NCBI RefSeq assembly: GCF_000143415.4
Contig: NW_003314295.1
Coordinates: 1,356,646-1,420,645, forward strand
Reading direction: 5' to 3'
Origin: Selaginella moellendorffii
Taxonomy: Eukaryota; Plantae; Lycopodiophyta
DNA length: 64,000 nucleotides
The position numbers and the translations under genes were made by a program. The notes below the pieces were generated by a model, which ran no database searches, was not told where the DNA came from, and worked only from the letters and a program-made list of their open reading frames with translations. Shown here piece after piece: positions 28,251-38,798 of the stretch (the first letter of the stretch is position 1; the number at the start of each line of letters is the position of its first letter).

Positions 28251-29308
28251 ATTCTTCCTTGGAATAGAGAGATCAATGCCTGCAAAAAGAAAAGGAAAAA
28301 CAACTTACATTAACAAAGTTAACAAAGCAATCGTGGAAATGGATCCCGTTGACAGCGTTGGACAGGTCGTCGAGTAGAAAGAGCTGAGCTGAGCAGCATG
28401 GCCGACCACACTGCCGACTATAGGCCATTGGACTTGGGATGTCGTTCTTTCTTCACTCAAATGCTTGTAATATCCCCGGGAGCGATCTCCTGGCCACCAC
28501 CTAGTCTACAGGCTCAGGAGCAACGGATCCAGCGAAGCCATCCAGTCCCAGCGCGGGGCTACACGAGCTGAGTGATCATTAGGGCTTAGCAATGTCTCCA
28601 TCGTGGGTGGCATACGAGCTCTGCCCAATCTAGGTGATTTGCAGAGGACAAGCCGTCGCCATAGCAGAGTACATAGAGACGCGTCTGAAGATCCTGGACG
28701 TTTTGCATCAACTCTGTGGATCGGGCTTCACACCAGGTGGGAGCTAGGAGAACGTAAAAAAGGCGAGAAAACGTAGCCGGCCTGAAGTTGAAGAAGCATG
28801 GAGACGTCCAGATATTGTTGTCAAACCAAGCTCCAAGGTATGGAAGTGTTTCTTGTGTGTGGAGAGCTAACCTGATGCATTGTTTTTCCAGGCTATTGAT
28901 GAGGCACAGGCCGAACTGGAGGCTTTGGGGTCAGTGCCATCAGACGTTCATTTTGACAACGTAAAAGCGAGAAAACATAATGCACAGCGCACACAGCAGC
29001 ATGCTAGTATGGAGGACAGAATATCAACTATGGAGGCTCTATTATTTGCCTGTGTATAATTATATTATTGCCTGTGTGTAGTAGATGGTTTGTATGTGGC
29101 TATGAAGATCATGAACTGTTGTAACCTTCCTGTCTGAAAAACTCGTAGTCAATGAAGTTCGTGATGAGTTGCAAAAGGCATATAGGTGATGAGGAGGACC
29201 TCATTTCATTTTCAAGATTCTTTAATCACGTTCCGAGACAAGGTAAGTATTCTCTTGGGTGCAGCAACTGTTGCCTTTGAGATTGAGAGAGTGATGAAAG
29301 TGATGAAT

Positions 29309-29487
29309 TCCACTCCGTGTGGCGATCGCGTTGCTACTACCTCCGGGCCAACGCAGTGGAATTCAGCTATCACAAGTGCGCCAGCAAGCTCATGCCGCTT
29401 TCACCAGAGATTTTCAATCCTCTCTCCGGTGGCCTCAATCTGATTCACTCTATGGAGCAACGCGGGAGATTTTCTTAATTTAAAATT
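29309..29487 (+). pseudogene. Decayed copy of exon 2 of the DUF3223 gene
   Basis: Aligns by eye to about 24089-24393 with indels; the RGG-coding part is deleted. Confidence 0.85.
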
Positions 29488-29602
29488 TCTGGCTCTCGAA
29501 TTTAGGGTTCTTAGTGATCCTATAAACCCTAAGTGGTCGATTCGTGAGCGAGGAGGGAGGAAGGTGTGGCGCCAATCCAGGTACTCGGCTTCTAGCACTT
29601 TC

Positions 29603-32457
29603 ATGTCCAGTGTCCCCACGCCTGCATCCGGATCGACACTTTCCAACCGACAATTCAGCGAAGACGCTCAATCTCATGGCACAGCCAAATTGCCAGCAGC
29701 AGCGGCGGCGGGAGCTTCGTGCCCGGAGCACGAAACTTCCAAAATCCGCGCGCTCAATCCACTGGCCAGAGAGTTTGTCCCTGGTATGTCACTCCTTTTA
29801 TTTCGAACGAGTAGAAATTTTCTAATTTCCTTGTGATTGTGATTTTACACATTGTAGTTGAGGAGGGATCTCCTTCTTCGCGGTCTCCGACCAAGCGAAC
29901 ATCGGTAAGCATGGTGATGCTCATTTCCCAAACACCGAGTTTTTTTTTTCCCTTTTCTAGAGTCGTGAAGAATTTCCTTCAGCACCAAGGAACTTCTCAG
30001 TAAGTGTTCAAGTTTTTTTTTCCCATAAAGCGAGGATTTGATGTGATTGCGTTTGACATGAGCAGGATCACGACGCCGCAGCTACAAGCTCCGAGTCAAA
30101 TAGTGGGGTGAAGGAAAATTGGGTGGAAAGTGGCATGCCCCACAAACAGTCACAAAAGCTGCAAGAAGTAACAGGAGGACTCTCAGCCGCTCTTAAAGTC
30201 CCTCAAGCAGGAAAAAGTTCTCTCAAGATGGGACACGAATTTACTTCTTCTCAGCACTCAACCCAGCCATCATCTTCACGACGCGGACAGACATGGAACG
30301 CGAATCATCTACTTAACTTTCACTACGATCCCATCGTTCGACCGTCCCCAAGGCCTCCTCAGCGCAGGCAGCATCAGAAAGTTCAGGCTTACGACAAAGA
30401 GCTCTTCTTGCAAGCAAACTTTCGGTTCTTGGTCTCGGATTTTGGGGACTATTTGGAGAACAGCACTGACCCAGACAAGATGCTCGAGTGGGAAGACATA
30501 GCCCTTGTGGAACTCTCGTCCTCGGTGGCTATCCAGTGTCCGATATGCTTGGAAAGTCCACCTCTGTGCCCACAGATCACGTCGTGCGGTCACGTCTTTT
30601 GCTTCCCATGCATTCTACGATACTTCTCCGACGCGGACCACAAGACTCACGTAAAGAAATGCCCGCTCTGCTTCGGCATGACTTCTCCTAAGGAGCTGCG
30701 CACCGTCTACATTCACAACGTGAAGGAACACAGGCTAGGTGACAATGTTGGCTTTACGCTCTTGACGCGGGATAAAGGGTCTGTTATACCGTTCAAAAGA
30801 AATGAGTCGAGGGGATCACCGGCTTACACCAAGGATGGACGTTGCCATCTGTACTCCAAGTTTACACTGACATGCGACGTCGAGATGACAACAAACAATG
30901 CCGTTTCGGAGCTCACAGCATGGGCTGAGAGAGCTCAGTCGGGCGATGACGAAGACATCGAACAGCTGCCTTTTGTGTTTGCGGCAATCGATGAGCTTAA
31001 GTCGAGAAAGGCTGCTTGGGACGAGCACCGGACGTTGGAGTTTATCTCGAGCAGCCCATCTGTAAGGCAGAGAATTATGGCTCAGGTGAAGGCTGGAATC
31101 ACAAAGCTGCCTGGAGAAGACTTCGAAAGTTCTAGCTCAGCTGGAAAACACCATGAAAAGCAGGAAGTGTTGGAACCGTCGCCGCCGAAGCAAGAAAGCG
31201 TTTATCACATCAATCCGTTCACTGATGAACGAGAGTTGGTTGATGTAGACAAGAAGCCAAAATCGAAAGATTTGCATCAAGAGGACGCACCAGAGGACTG
31301 GGAATCCATCACTTCACCTGTGAAGACCGCGACTCATAAGGACGCCAAAGACGCCAAACACGAAGAGACTGATTCTTACAGCTTTTATCAGGTTCGTTGT
31401 ATCATTGCGGGGTTTTACTGACGTGTTCTCTTGCAGGCCGCAGATGGTCAACTCGTCATTTTACATCCTTTGACAATGAAATGCTTGGTTCACCACTATG
31501 GATCGTACACGTCTTTGCCTTCGAGGTAATTTCTCTTGCATGTTTTTCTATTCTGATTGCATACGATGTTCCAGAGTTGAAGGGAAAATACTTGAGATGG
31601 AAGCAATGATTCAAACCGAGCTGTTGAGAAAACGATACCGCTATTTGAGTCATCTACCACTTACTAGCACCTTTCAGGTAATTTGGATATTTCAAAGTTA
31701 CAACAACAGATTATTCTGATTCTTAAACCAGCTGTGCGAGGTGGACCTCTCAAAAATCTTACCAAGCTCGTCACTGTCTCCCTTCAAGGATGAGCTACAT
31801 GCTCGAGAGGTTCGCAGACAGAGACGCCTGAAACAGGTACAAGATTGGTTTCTCCTAGGCAGAATTGTCGAGCGAAATTTGCATTCAGGAGAAGATGCTT
31901 AAATCTGCTGGGCAAAGACTTGAAGAGAAAGTGGTGCCACCATCTCCAGCAGACTACATCGCGATCATGAACGCCCTTCACGAAGACGAAGTTCCAAACG
32001 ACAGTGAGTTTGTCGGTAAGTCTCAAGTAGAAATGCTCACACTCGAAACTCACCCGCTGGATTCTTCAGCCCCTTCTACAGCACCAGTCCCGGCCTCGTC
32101 TCCACCAGTCGACGAGAGGAGACTCTTCTCGAGGGTGGCCAAGCTCGGCTTTGCTTCTGGACACGATGCTCCGGATCTCACGAACGACGGTCTCTCCTCT
32201 AACAGGCCACCGATCCAACAACAGTCGCCATGGAACCAAAAACAAGCTCCGGCTGGAAGCAGCAGCGGTGAGTGTGTTCCAATTCCTGCTCTGTTTCCTA
32301 ATCTTCCAGCGCGAACACTCTTGCAGGAGGAGCTTCCCTTTCTTTCGCGGACGCCATACAGAGAAAAGTGGAGAAGAAAACTCCGGAGGCTCCCTCGCGT
32401 GGAGCAGCCCGCAAAGGCAAAGTTTTGCTTTCTACTGGCAGTGGAAGAAAGTACTGA
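29603..32457 (+). CDS. RNF10: RNF10/Mag2-like RING E3 ligase with N-terminal PAM2 motif, multi-exon
   Basis: NANHLLNFHYDPI, KELFLQANFRF, CPICLESPPLCPQITSCGHVFCFPCI, YSFYQ|AADGQLVILHPL, RKRYRYLSHLPL, C-terminal VLLSTGSGRKY. Confidence 0.9.
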
Positions 32458-32559
32458 ATAGTCAATGCGTTAATATAAATACAAAGGGTCAACGGTGTTT
32501 ATGGTTTTATTCTCGAATATGCCTTTAGAGATATTTGTGCTGAAAGATCAGCTTTCTTG

Positions 32560-32780
32560 GTTGCTCCAGGACCCGGAGTTCAGACAGTGCACTCCTCAAG
32601 AGCTTGCATCCCGACTTCAACTACAGGTATAACAAAAACAAACTGTTTTCTAAACTGAAATCAGTGACACTCTCTAAACTGCCAACAATGTAGGCGTTTC
32701 ATTAAAAGTTTCAGACCTCTGAGAACGATGGTGACGGGGACATCTATCCTCAAGCAGCCCCAGATGGTTTATTACAACAG
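32560..32780 (+). pseudogene. Decayed fragment of the neighbouring subtilase gene, intron included
   Basis: ctcaagagcttgcatcccgac...actacaggta...gtaggcgtttc...cagacctctgagaacgatg...atcctcaagcagc matches about 37500-37755. Confidence 0.8.
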
Positions 32781-33290
32781 TTCATAGTCTTCATGGCCAC
32801 ATATAAAACATCTACTAAGCATATAATACTTTTGAAGCAAATAGCTCAATGCTAGTATGGAGGAACTACTTGAACCGCCAATTCTTGCATCCTGACCCAC
32901 TGTCACAGGTTTCACCTTCTCCAACCTTGCTCTAGCAATGGGTATCATGGGAAGGCTTGGCTTGAGAACACGCTTCCACGCCTCTTCCCAGCTTCCTTGC
33001 CCTTGAGCTTCATGCCGGCTATGTTTTCTCGCCTTTACGTTGTCCCAATGAACATCAGATGGTTGGTCTAATAGAGCCCTAATGGCATTGACTCACCTTC
33101 CAAGAACCTGATTTCAAAATCAACAACACTGCTCATTTGTTCTCCGTGCAAAACCCTAAAGTGATAGCCCTAATAGTTAAAATATCTGTTAACTGTTCTT
33201 CCCGAATATGCCTTTGAATATATGTGTGTGGCTAAAATATCTAAAGAACCCTAGAGCGACGATGATAATGTGAAAGACCGGCAAGGGCAA

Positions 33291-35027
33291 ATGCTGATGG
33301 CGCAGGTAGTGAGCTTGCAGGCGCCAGTGCCGGGGATTCGCGCAGCGGCGGCGCTGGACAAGGATGCGCTATCCAAGCAGCAGCAGCAGCAATGCGCGAC
33401 CAATTTCTCGTCGCCAGGTTTGCGCTGTTCTTCCACTCAGCTCGGGCAGGGCCGGGATTCGGCCGTGTGTAGGGCTAGGATAGGCAGGACATGGCCGAAT
33501 CCCAACTACAAGCCACCAGAGGGCGATGGATGGAACACCGGATCGACTGGAAGCTCGCTACCGTGGAATGAGGGCGGGGGAGGCGCTGCCCAGGCGGATT
33601 CTCAGTGGAACAACCAAAATGCCGCCGGAGGCAATGGGCAGCAGCAGAGTAGCGGCTGGAACAGCAATCCGCAAGGCTCTTGGAACAATCAAAATTCTGC
33701 GTGGAACAACCCGGCTCCTGGAAATCAGAGTTCCTGGAGCAATCCACCGGGCCAGCAGCAGGGTTCTAGTTGGAACAGCGGTGCTGGCTCGCAGCAAACT
33801 TGGAACGCTGGGAATCAAGGTCAGAACACTGGTTGGAACAACCACGATTGGAATAAAAACTCGTCGGGTGGTGGTTCTTCGTCTTCGTGGAGCAGCGCTG
33901 CCAATGCAGTGATCGATGTCACAAACAGCACTACTCCTGCTGCTCCCGCTCCTCCGGCTCCTCCCGCCGCTAACACTACCACTGGAACGGGATGGAACAA
34001 CCAGTTTGGAGGCAGTGCTTCCCCGAGCTTCAACTCTTCCGTAGCAACGAGTCCTGCTTCTACGACTGCTCAAAGTCCGATTCCAACGGGAAGTACTGCT
34101 CCAAGTTCACTCTGGGATACTACGCCGGCATCCGATGCTCCAAAGCTAGGTGGTGCTACCACCGTCACTGGCGATGCCACCACCACTTCCACTCCGACCG
34201 AGTCTCCAGCGATCGGGGGCCTCGCTCCTCAGAAGCTTTACCGCGACGAAGACGGCTGGCCCAGTCCGTTGCTGGATCCCGAGTACAAGCCCTCGGACGA
34301 GAGCTTTTCGTCCGGGTCTTTTCGAAGCTCATCTTTCGGGAAAGGTGTCGGGAAGACATGGCCGAACCCAAACTACAAGCCGCAGCCTGGTGACAACTAC
34401 GTCTACTCGTCTGGCGGCTCTTCGTTTAGCAAATACGGCAGCGGGAAGACGTGGCCAAATCCAAACTACAAGCCGGAGATGAGTGATGGTCGTGACAACT
34501 TCGTGTCCTTCAGCAAAGGAAGTGGCAAGACATGGCCGAACCCGAACTACAAGCCGCAGCCTGGCGATCCTCCGTTCGTTAGTGGCTCCGGCAAAGGTGG
34601 CACTGGAAAGACTTGGCCGAATCCAAACTACAAGGGTGATGATCCGACTTATGTCTGGGGTGGTGGTGGCAAAGGCAGCGGGAAGACATGGCCGAATCCA
34701 AACTACAAGGGTCCTCCCCCGATTTACGTGACGGGAGGAGGCAAAGGTGGAGGAAAAGTTTGGCCGAATCCAGACTACAAGGGTCCTCCTGTCGGCCCCG
34801 AGTTCGCAGGATCCACGAAGAAAGGAGGGAAGACATGGCCGAATCCGAATTACAAGGGAGACGATCCAACGTACGTAAGGGGTGGCAAAGGCAGTGGCAA
34901 GACATACCCGAACCCAAACGTGAAGCCACTTCCAGGAGAAAACCCATGGAATGCGTAAGTTCATCTGTTTCCTTTTCTCTTTCTTTCCTCTTGTGACCTG
35001 ACGTGTTTGCTTTGCAGGCGGTGGTGA
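33291..35027 (+). CDS. Unknown low-complexity repeat protein: plastid-like transit peptide, W-N/Q-rich domain, 9 G[KR]TWPNPNYK-type repeats
   Basis: About 555-aa open frame to 34958. A likely 63-bp intron at 34955-35017 (GTAAGT...CTGAC...GCAG) would give the C-terminus PWNARW*. Confidence 0.8.
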
Positions 35028-35340
35028 ATGTTAAGTGACTCAACGAGTAATTCTCATCTTTCTTTTTGTATCAGCATCGCACCATGTAGGTACGCATCTG
35101 AAGTTAGTCTTGGAACTGTATGGCCTTTAGTTCTATCTGAATATCATTTGCTGTTTCTTATCCCGAGTTCTATTGTTGGTGTTTCTTATCCACTTTAAAA
35201 CGAAGGCGCTCGTACCTTGGTCTAAACTGACTAGTGGTGCCGAGTAAATCGTGGAAAAAATGTCGAGCGAGATTCCTGTAAGCCTTTTGTTTCTCAGGTT
35301 GGCTTGAAATTCTTCCGCGTGACCCGTTGCTTCTTTGTCC

Positions 35341-38178
35341 ATGGCCAGCTTTCGAACAGTAGCATTTTTCTTTGTTTTGCACTTCGCAGCATTCATCGAT
35401 GCAACATCAAAGGTGTAACTCTTTGCTGAATTTGTTTTTTGGTTCGTGTGTGCTTTATATACTTGTTTTCCACAGTCATATATTGTTTATCTGGGAGGGC
35501 CTTTAGAAGAGGGATACAATGTCGCTTATCTTCACCACCAAAAACTATCTACAGTTCTTGGGTACAAGTTACACTTCTTTCTTTACAAAATGAACTTACT
35601 TTCAGAACCAGACACGAGCTTGCCAAGGAGGCAATGCTATATAGCTACAAGCACCTCTTCAATGGATTCTCAGCAGTTATCCCACCTGACAAGGTTAAGA
35701 ACATTTCAAGTATGTCTCGAAGACTTTATTATTGCAAGTAATAACGTAGTTTGAGTTGTTTTGCAGAGCTGCCTGGCGTTAAGATGGTCCTGGAGGACAA
35801 AGTGTATAGACTCCAGACGACGAATTCGTGGCAGTTTCTCGGTCTCCAAAATATGAATGGAACCGTTGCAAATGGAAAGATCCAGCAAACTAGAAATAAC
35901 GGCGGCCAAGATGTTGTGATTGGTATGCTTGACACAGGTACGAATACCGTGTGATTGCTGTCCTTAAGACGACTTTTCTTGTGAATGCTTCAGGCATTTG
36001 GCCAGAATCGGCAAGCTTCGATGATAGCTCTTACAGTCCGGTCCCAGAAAACTGGAATGGTTCTTGCGTAAACACCACGGATTTTAGTTCCACAAGCGAC
36101 TGCAACCGGTGAGCTTTTTCAACACGCCATTTGTGAATGCCAACAGCATGTTATATCACACAGGAAAATAATCGGTGCCCGATATTACTTTCAAGCCGCA
36201 AATGCGACGCAACAAGACGAGTCAATCCTGCTATCGCCAAGAGACACCGAAGGCCACGGCACGCACACGGCATCCACCGCAGCCGGAAGTTTTGTCAGGG
36301 ATGCAAACTACCGCGGTTTTACTCGCGGAACTGCTCGAGGTGGCGCGTATGGAGCTCGGCTCTCGATTTACAAGACGTGCTGGAACAATTTGTGCTCGAA
36401 TGCTGACATTCTGGCAGCGCTTGACGACGGTATCGGGGACGGTGTGCAAGTTTTCAGCATCTCACTGAGCGGTGAAGGAGCTATCCCTGAGACAAAGGAT
36501 CCACTGGCCTTTGGAACGCTCTATGCGGCCATGCATGGGATTTCCATCGTTGCAGCGGCGGGAAACTATGGTCCTAAGTATGCCACCGTAAGCAATGTAG
36601 CACCCTGGATGATTACCGTTGCTGCTACCACAACTGATCGGGCCTTCGCCAGCAACGTCATCCTCGGCGACCTCTCGAGCTTCATGGTAAGGAAAACGTT
36701 ATTTTTTACAGGAGCTTAATTGCTTACTTCCAGGGTGAAAGTTTATCAGAAGCTGCCCTGCAATCTGGATTCTATCCCCTCGTCGCGGCTTCCGATGTTT
36801 CCTTTGCGAACATCTCAAGGTAACTATCCGCTTGTTACACTTTGCAGAAGTTACTGTAACTTTGCTGTGATTGAAACAGTGACTTGAGCATGATGTGTAT
36901 TCCTGGAGCACTCGACCCTCAAAAATCGCAGGGTAAGATCGTCTTGTGTTCAGACAGTGGTGTTTCTTTAGTTGTGAAAGGAGTGGCTGGTGCACTTGCA
37001 AAGGCTGCGGGTTTGATCATTTACAACAGCGAAATGCAAGGCGAGACTTTAGAGGCCGTGAATTATGGCCTGCCTGCAGCAAACGTTGGATACAAAGCTG
37101 GACAGGCTATTGTTGCTTACATGCAATCGACTGGGTAATTTCTCTCTATGCAATTTTTTGTGGTTTTAAGTTTGTCATATGATCATATTATTATCCTGTT
37201 GTTTTTTACAGGAATCCAACGGCATATATAACTCGTTCTGTGACATCAACTAGTGGTAGACCCGCTCCGGAAGTTGCTGCATTCTCTGGTCGAGGTCCAA
37301 ACTTGGTTTCTCCAGAGATTGTCAAGGTACTTGGAAGCAGTTTACTCTGGAACTTTCAGCTAAAACTTCTTTCTTGGTGATGTAGCCTGATATTGCTGCT
37401 CCAGGAGTAAGCATACTAGCCGCGTACAGCGAATTTCACAAAACAGACAGTTATGTGGTCATTTCCGGAACTTCCATGTCCTGTCCACACGTCACGGGAA
37501 TTGTAGCGCTTCTCAAAAGCTTGCATCCGGACTGGAGCCCAGCAGCAATTCAATCAGCTATCATCACTACAGGTAGAACACAAAGAATCTGTTTTCTATG
37601 TTCAAATCACTGACGCTCTCTAAACAGGCAAGACTACCAACAACGTAGGCGTTTCGATAAAGGATCAGACCTCCGAGAACGATGCGACGCCTTTTGACAT
37701 CGGTGGCGGGGAGATCGATCCTCAAGCAGCAGCAGACCCGGGACTTGTTTACGATGCCACTCCTGGAGACTACTTTCTATTCTACTGCCAAAAACTCAAG
37801 CTCCAGAAAGCGCCGGCCTTGGACGCGGATTGCAGAGACACCGAAACCGAGTCGTTTCAGCTCAACTATCCGTCCATCTCGGTGTCTCTCAAGCCTGGCA
37901 CGGCTGCAAAGATCACCCGCAGGCTAAAGTCCGTGATGGAAGGAACTTCTACGTTTCACGCCAGTGTCCGTCTTCCTACAGTGGCCTCGCTGACCGTCTC
38001 GGTGAGGCCCTCGGTCCTAAACTTCACCCAGCAAGGCGACGAAGCATCGTATAAGATGGAGTTCTCATTGGTGGAAGGATTTTCCACAAAGCAAGCTTAT
38101 GTCTATGGCTCCTTGACGTGGAGCGATGATCGAGGCTACCGAGTACGCAGTCCCATGGTCATCAAGCTGGAAGCATAA
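35341..38178 (+). CDS. Subtilisin-like serine protease (S8A subtilase; signal peptide, I9, PA domain), multi-exon
   Basis: [33 protein letters not shown], catalytic triad DTG / HGTHTAS / [19 protein letters not shown]. Confidence 0.95.
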
Positions 38179-38798
38179 GAAACTTATCAAGGCTCTTCTT
38201 TGTTCTTCTTTTCTTCGATTAAAAAACGATCGTGTGACAACTTAGGACGCGTGAAGAACATTCCAACATTCCATTGTCTTGTTTGGAGCGTACGCTGTTT
38301 GATCCATTCGCGACGAAGGAAAGAAGCTCTCTTCTAGCTCTAGTGCGGTGTCTTTCGCTGGTTAACATCAAGCTAAAACTATGGGCTCCATGCATTATTT
38401 TACTAGGGTATTTAATGTAAGCGACCATTTGACGCCACACGTACTAGCACAGACAAACGGTAAGATCGGCGTCTTTGAAACAGGAGTTCTCTCTCTCTTC
38501 CCCTCTCCATTCGATCGATCGAATAAGAGGCGCCGTCCCGCCACGCCCGGGCCTGCCACTGCCGCTGGGTAGCTGCCGAGCTTCCGCCGTGCGCCATCGC
38601 GATCGATCTGTTCCTTAGGTAATCCCTCGCAGTGTAGCTACAGTGGCGAGAATGCGAGGGATTTAGCTTGCGTCCAGCTGCTGCCCACACGGCATTTCGC
38701 GATCCGGGCGGGAGCGTGGAGATTTCGGCAGGAAATGTAGGTAGGGATTGCGATCCGGCCTGAATCGGTGGGTCTGGGGTTGGGGATAGAGGGGGATT

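Noticed and set aside
29160-29310. Several GTGATGA box-C-like words
   Set aside because: No properly placed CTGA with a terminal stem was found.
34350-34930. NPNYKG resembles calreticulin/calnexin P-domain repeats and NPxY sorting motifs
   Set aside because: The W-to-NPxY spacing differs, and there is no lectin domain, type-1 repeat, ER signal or TM segment.
34350-34930. Regularly spaced repeats of about 30 bp resembling a CRISPR array
   Set aside because: The repeats are in-frame codons with synonymous variation in a eukaryotic gene, and there are no cas genes.
23237-34958. DUF3223 plus a W-repeat protein as a split NRPE1-like CTD
   Set aside because: They are separate genes about 9 kb apart with RNF10 between them and no polymerase domains; this is coincidence.
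33291-38178. Repeat protein plus adjacent subtilase as a RiPP-like precursor/protease pair (W...Y cores reminiscent of burpitides)
   Set aside because: The repeat protein has a transit-peptide-like rather than ER signal N-terminus, whereas the subtilase is secretory. There is no BURP domain or other tailoring enzyme in the window and no consistent dibasic sites. It remains testable by peptidomics.
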